A DNA stretch of 64,000 bases, taken from assembly GCA_963706505.1 (NCBI GenBank), contig CAVPLX010000003.1, forward strand, positions 31,569 to 95,568, given 5' to 3'. Below, in pieces: positions 60,653-64,000 of this stretch; position 1 is the first letter of the stretch, and each line of letters starts with the position of its first letter. This DNA is from an uncultured Gemmatimonadales bacterium. Lineage in GTDB: Bacteria > Gemmatimonadota > Gemmatimonadetes > Gemmatimonadales > Gemmatimonadaceae. The position numbers were made by a program, and so were the translations under genes. A model generated the notes under the pieces. That model ran no database searches. It worked only from the letters and a program-made list of their open reading frames with translations, and had not been told where the DNA came from.

Positions 60653-61342
60653 GCGCCCAGCTCCCAGAGGCCGCCAGTCGGCAGCGCCGATGGCCGGCGG
60701 CGGCGCTGGCCGGCGGGTCGAGAGATGCCGCCGGAGGTCGGCCCACGTGTCGAGGCCGAGCGCGCCGATCTCCTCCAGCATCCGGATGAAACACTGCGCG
60801 GTCGCCTTGGCGTCGCCCATCGCCCGATGGCGGTCACCGACCGGCACGCCGTAATAGTGCGCTACATGATCCAGCGACCGGCGGCGCAGGTGCGGCAGCA
60901 GCCGCCGCGCCAGCTTCACCGTGCACAGGGTCCGGGCCGCGGGCATCTGCTGCCCGGCGCGCTCGATTTCGGCCTGCACGAACCGCCGGTCGAACGCGAC
61001 GTTGTGCCCGACGAACACGTGGTCCCGCAGGAGATCGAGCACCCGCGGGCACACCTCGCCGAAGACCGGCTTGTCCTGCACCATGGCTGGCGTGATGTGC
61101 GTCAGTCGCGTGACGAAAATCGGAATCGGCCGCTGCGGGTTCACGAGCGTGTCGTAGGTCTCGGCGATCCGGCCATCCCGCACCACGACCGCCGCGATCT
61201 CCGTGACCCGGTCCCCGAACCATGGCGAGCCACCCGTCGTCTCGACGTCCACCACGACGTAGGACAGCGCTGCCAGGCGGTCCGACGGCAAGCCGCGATC
61301 CGGAAGCGCCGGGCGGGTGAACCGTGATCGCCCCACGAGCAT
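60649..61342 (-). CDS. DEDDh 3'-5' exonuclease (DnaQ/epsilon-like); 3' end ambiguous
   Basis: MLVGRSRF.. at 61342. Exo motifs YVVVDVETTGG, VGHNVAFDRRF and HRAMGDAKA. The main frame has no stop before the MBL gene, while an alternative frame stops at 60649-60651 overlapping the MBL ATG. Confidence 0.7.
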
Positions 61343-61350
61343 CGCCGCGG

Positions 61351-62585
61351 TCAGTTCCACACGTCGTCCCGCGTCACCGGACACGTCATGCACCGGGGTC
61401 CGCCGCCACCCCGCACCAGCTCGCTGCCCTCGACCGCGATCACCGCGCGATCGTCCTCGCCCACCCGCGTCGCACCGCTCAGGAAATCGGCACCCGCGAT
61501 CACACGGAATCCCGCCGCCTCCATCTCCCGGAGGGTCGCCTCGTTGCGGGCGTATGACACCACGAGCCCGGGCCGCAATGCCAGACAGTTGCACCCCGAC
61601 GCCCACTGCTCGCGATCCTGCACGACCCGCCTCGACCCGCCGCACAACACCGCCTCCATCGGGATGCCGCATGCGGACAACGCCGCGAAGATGCTCGGCA
61701 TCTGCTCGAGTTCTGCCTTGCCCTTGCGCCACAACAGGATCGGCAGCCGCTCGGGACCGATGAAGTGCGGCGGGTACAGCACGCACAACTCGCGATCGAG
61801 ATGGCAGAAAATCATGTCCAGGTGGATCGCAGTCTGCTCGGCTGGCATCACCACGACGATCACATTCTCGATCGCGGTGTGCCCAAACAACTGCTCGACC
61901 AGCGAATCGATCGCCGCTGGGCTCGACCGTTCGCTGAAGCCGATCGCCAACGTGTCGCGCCGCAACGGGTGCACGTCGCCACCCTCCAGGGTGAAGTCGT
62001 GCCGGCGCTCGAGGACCCGTCGTAGAGAACGCCACAGTTGGCGAGGACCGGGTGGTGCGAGAAGAGGATCTTCATGATCAGCTCCTCGGTCCACCGCGCC
62101 CCGTACCGCATCGCACCCACCATCACGTGGTCGTTGATCGCCATCGCCGCGTCGCGCGTGAAGAACAGGTTCGGGAGGGGGGGCAAGGCGTATCCACGCT
62201 CGTTGAGCGCCGCGGCCAGCGGTCCCGGCTGGTCTTCCCGCCCCTCGATCAGTGTCCGAACCAGGGCGTCCGGTGCCAGATCAGCCAATTCCCGGGCCAA
62301 CGGCGCCGACGGGACCACGTTGGTGGTCTCGTGAATCAGCAGATCGCGAACGTCGGGAGTCGCCGCGACGTCCGCCAGCAGGTCGCGCACCTGGTGGACG
62401 GTGGCGAACCGCTCCAGGATCGCCACGAACCGGCGGTGCTCCCGCTGCGCCGTGTCGAAGTCGATGATGTCGTCGTAGAGAAAGTGCTCGCGCGTCCGGG
62501 GCGTCACGGCGAGCAACTCGGGGCCCGGGGCGTGTACCAATACGGCGCGCAGGCGGCCGATCTCGCTGCTGACGTGGACGGGCAC
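61351..62585 (-). pseudogene. arcA: arginine deiminase-like amidinotransferase, one frame change
   Basis: The N-terminal part VHVSSEIGRLRAVLVHAPGPEL..FLYDDI..AQREH.. is ORF 61860..62585. The C-terminal part DFTLEGGDVHPL..AIGFSERS.. EGSELVRGGGGPRCMTCPVTRD is ORF 61351..62094. Confidence 0.75.
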
Positions 62586-62638
62586 GCTCCAACTTAATTA
62601 ATTCCCCAACGTGACACCGCACCGAGCCGCATGAACCC

Positions 62639-63392
62639 GTGACCCCCGCCCATCCCAATCCGCCCGCGCACGCCGCTCCGCCGCTCCGGCGGATCGCCCA
62701 GCCGACGGTCCGGCGCCTCTCGCTCTATCTCCGATTTCTCGAGGAGGTCCACGAGCGCGGACTCGCGACGGTCTCCAGCCAGGAGCTGGCCCGGCTCGGC
62801 GGCACGTCACCCGCACAGGTCCGCAAGGATCTGTCGGTGTTCGGATCGTTCGGCAAACGCGGGCTCGGGTATACGGTCGCCGAGTTGATCACGGCGCTGC
62901 GTTCGATTCTGGGCCTGGGCCGCGAGTGGCGCGTCGTCATCGTCGGTGCCGGCAAGATCGGCACGGCGCTGGCCCAGTACGCCGGATTCCGCCAGCGCGG
63001 CTTCAATGTGGTCGCCGTCTACGACAACGACGCGGCCAAGATCGGCGGGCAGTGGGCCGGCGCACACGGTCCGCGATGTCGCGCGCCTCGAATCCGACGC
63101 CGCACGTGAGCACCCGGACATCGCGGTGCTCGCCGTCCCCGCGGAGCGTGCACAGGGCACGGTGGATCGCATCGTCCGCGCCGGGATCGGTGGCATCCTC
63201 AGTTTCGCCCCCGTGCAGCTCCGCGTCCCCGCAGGGGTGGCGCTCCAAACCGTCAACATGGCTGCCGAGTTGGAGATTCTGTCGTACGCACTCGCCAATC
63301 GCGACCCTGAGGACGGCAGGTCACAGCCTCCCGACGTGCAGCCTGCGCGGCCGGACAAACCGGCGAGCCGCACCACGCGGCACTCCGGCTGA
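62639..63392 (+). pseudogene. rex: redox-sensing transcriptional repressor Rex, one frame change
   Basis: Winged-helix part PTVRRLSLYLRFLEE..VSSQELA and Rossmann motif VVIVGAGKIGTALA, up to ..KIGGQWAG (ORF 62639..63109). Then HTVRDVARLE..IAVLAVPAERAQ..GILSFAPVQLRVP..ELEILSYAL in ORF 62946..63392. Confidence 0.85.
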
Positions 63393-63405
63393 TCCGCTCT
63401 GGGAT

Positions 63406-64000
63406 TCAGCCGCCCAGCGCTCTCCACAGGTTCGCGAACTCGGCGGCCCCCAGTACCTCGGGCCGCACGTCGGGCGCGATGCCCGCCGCGTCGAGCGCCC
63501 GTTCGGCGGCAGCGGGGGTGAGGCCGCGCATCGTCCGCAACACCCGGCGCATCTGCTTCCGCCGCATGCCGAACGCTGCGATCACGAACGCCGCGAAGCC
63601 GCCCTGCTCCGCATCCGTCACCACCGGATCGGAACGCGGCTCGACCCGGATCAGCGCCGAGGCGACTTTGGGAGCCGGTGTGAACGCGCCAGCCGGGACG
63701 CCACGCACCAGGGTAGCCGTCGCGAGTGCCTGCACATTGGCCGAGAGCGCGCCGTACGCGTCCGACCCTGGAGCGGCGACCACGCGATCGGCGACTTCGC
63801 GCTGTACCAGGAATACGGAACGGCGCGCGCGCGGCGGCCGGAGCGCGTGGAAGAGTATCGGGGTCGTGATGTAGTACGGCACGTTGCCGGCGACGAGGAA
63901 ATCATCCGTCCCCGCGAACTCGGACAGTGGTGCGTCGAGGACGTCGCGCTCGTGCACCGTGATCCGGGGATCGTCCGCGTAAGCTGCGCGGAGCCTGGCG
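63406..64000 (-). CDS. rsmA: 16S rRNA (adenine1518/1519-N6)-dimethyltransferase RsmA/KsgA, C-terminal part (5' end beyond the window)
   Basis: ..FLVAGNVPYYITTPILFHAL.., FLVQREVADRVVA.PGSDAYGALS, FTPAPKVASALIRVEP. The reading frame stays open to position 64000. Confidence 0.85.
   Translation of the reverse strand, partial: ARLRAAYADDPRITVHERDVLDAPLSEFAGTDDFLVAGNVPYYITTPILFHALRPPRARRSVFLVQREVADRVVAAPGSDAYGALSANVQALATATLVRGVPAGAFTPAPKVASALIRVEPRSDPVVTDAEQGGFAAFVIAAFGMRRKQMRRVLRTMRGLTPAAAERALDAAGIAPDVRPEVLGAAEFANLWRALGG

Noticed and set aside
62586-62638. Canonical Rex operator (TTGTGAA-N4-TTCACAA type) in the rex/arcA spacer
   Set aside because: Only an isolated GTGACA half-site-like string is present. 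No inverted partner lies at the right spacing.

Overview
High-GC (about two-thirds G+C by eye) bacterial chromosomal segment with about 55 protein genes plus tRNA-Leu(UAA) and tRNA-Gly(GCC). I saw no rRNA, CRISPR array, transposase or integrase. The gene repertoire looks Gemmatimonadota/Acidobacteriota-like (inference only): a PD40-propeller Ser/Thr kinase, an ADOP-type duplicated FtsX permease, S9/S15/M24 peptidases, a caa3-type oxidase with lipoprotein cytochromes c, and a Rieske + cytochrome b/c fusion. Gene order, left to right: (1) TMEM175-like fragment, kinase, DinB, vapBC, S9 peptidase, tRNA-Leu, CocE/NonD hydrolase. (2) A tight 4-gene oxidative operon: TPP enzyme, enolase-superfamily enzyme, FAD/FeS oxidase, Zn-dehydrogenase. 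(3) The ctaC-ctaD-ctaE-x-ctaG-cytc-cytc operon, divergent from an M24 peptidase + Rieske + cyt b/c unit. (4) GH39 and GH144-like hydrolases, a YdeP-like molybdoenzyme, an ABC exporter pair, the ADOP permease and tRNA-Gly. (5) A housekeeping array on the minus strand: rsmA | rex | arcA-exonuclease-MBL | infC-rpmI-rplT-pheS-pheT-zapB-like coiled-coil gene-zapA-rny-folD-xseA-xseB-ispA-dxs-nadK-recN. The most striking property is sequence integrity rather than a new gene system. An ~8.4-kb block (about 44.9-53.3 kb) and a smaller patch (58.5-59.3 kb) hold essential genes broken by a frame change every ~100-300 nt. At least ten other genes carry a single frame change. I interpret this as indel-type sequence or assembly error, possibly a chimeric or unpolished segment, but it needs read-level verification. 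The best candidate for an undescribed element is a promoter-to-terminator structured leader or small RNA immediately upstream of infC, preceded by a GTCGAC-containing 12-nt tandem repeat. All coordinates come from manual reading and ORF-track arithmetic. Frame-change positions are approximate to within about 15 nt.
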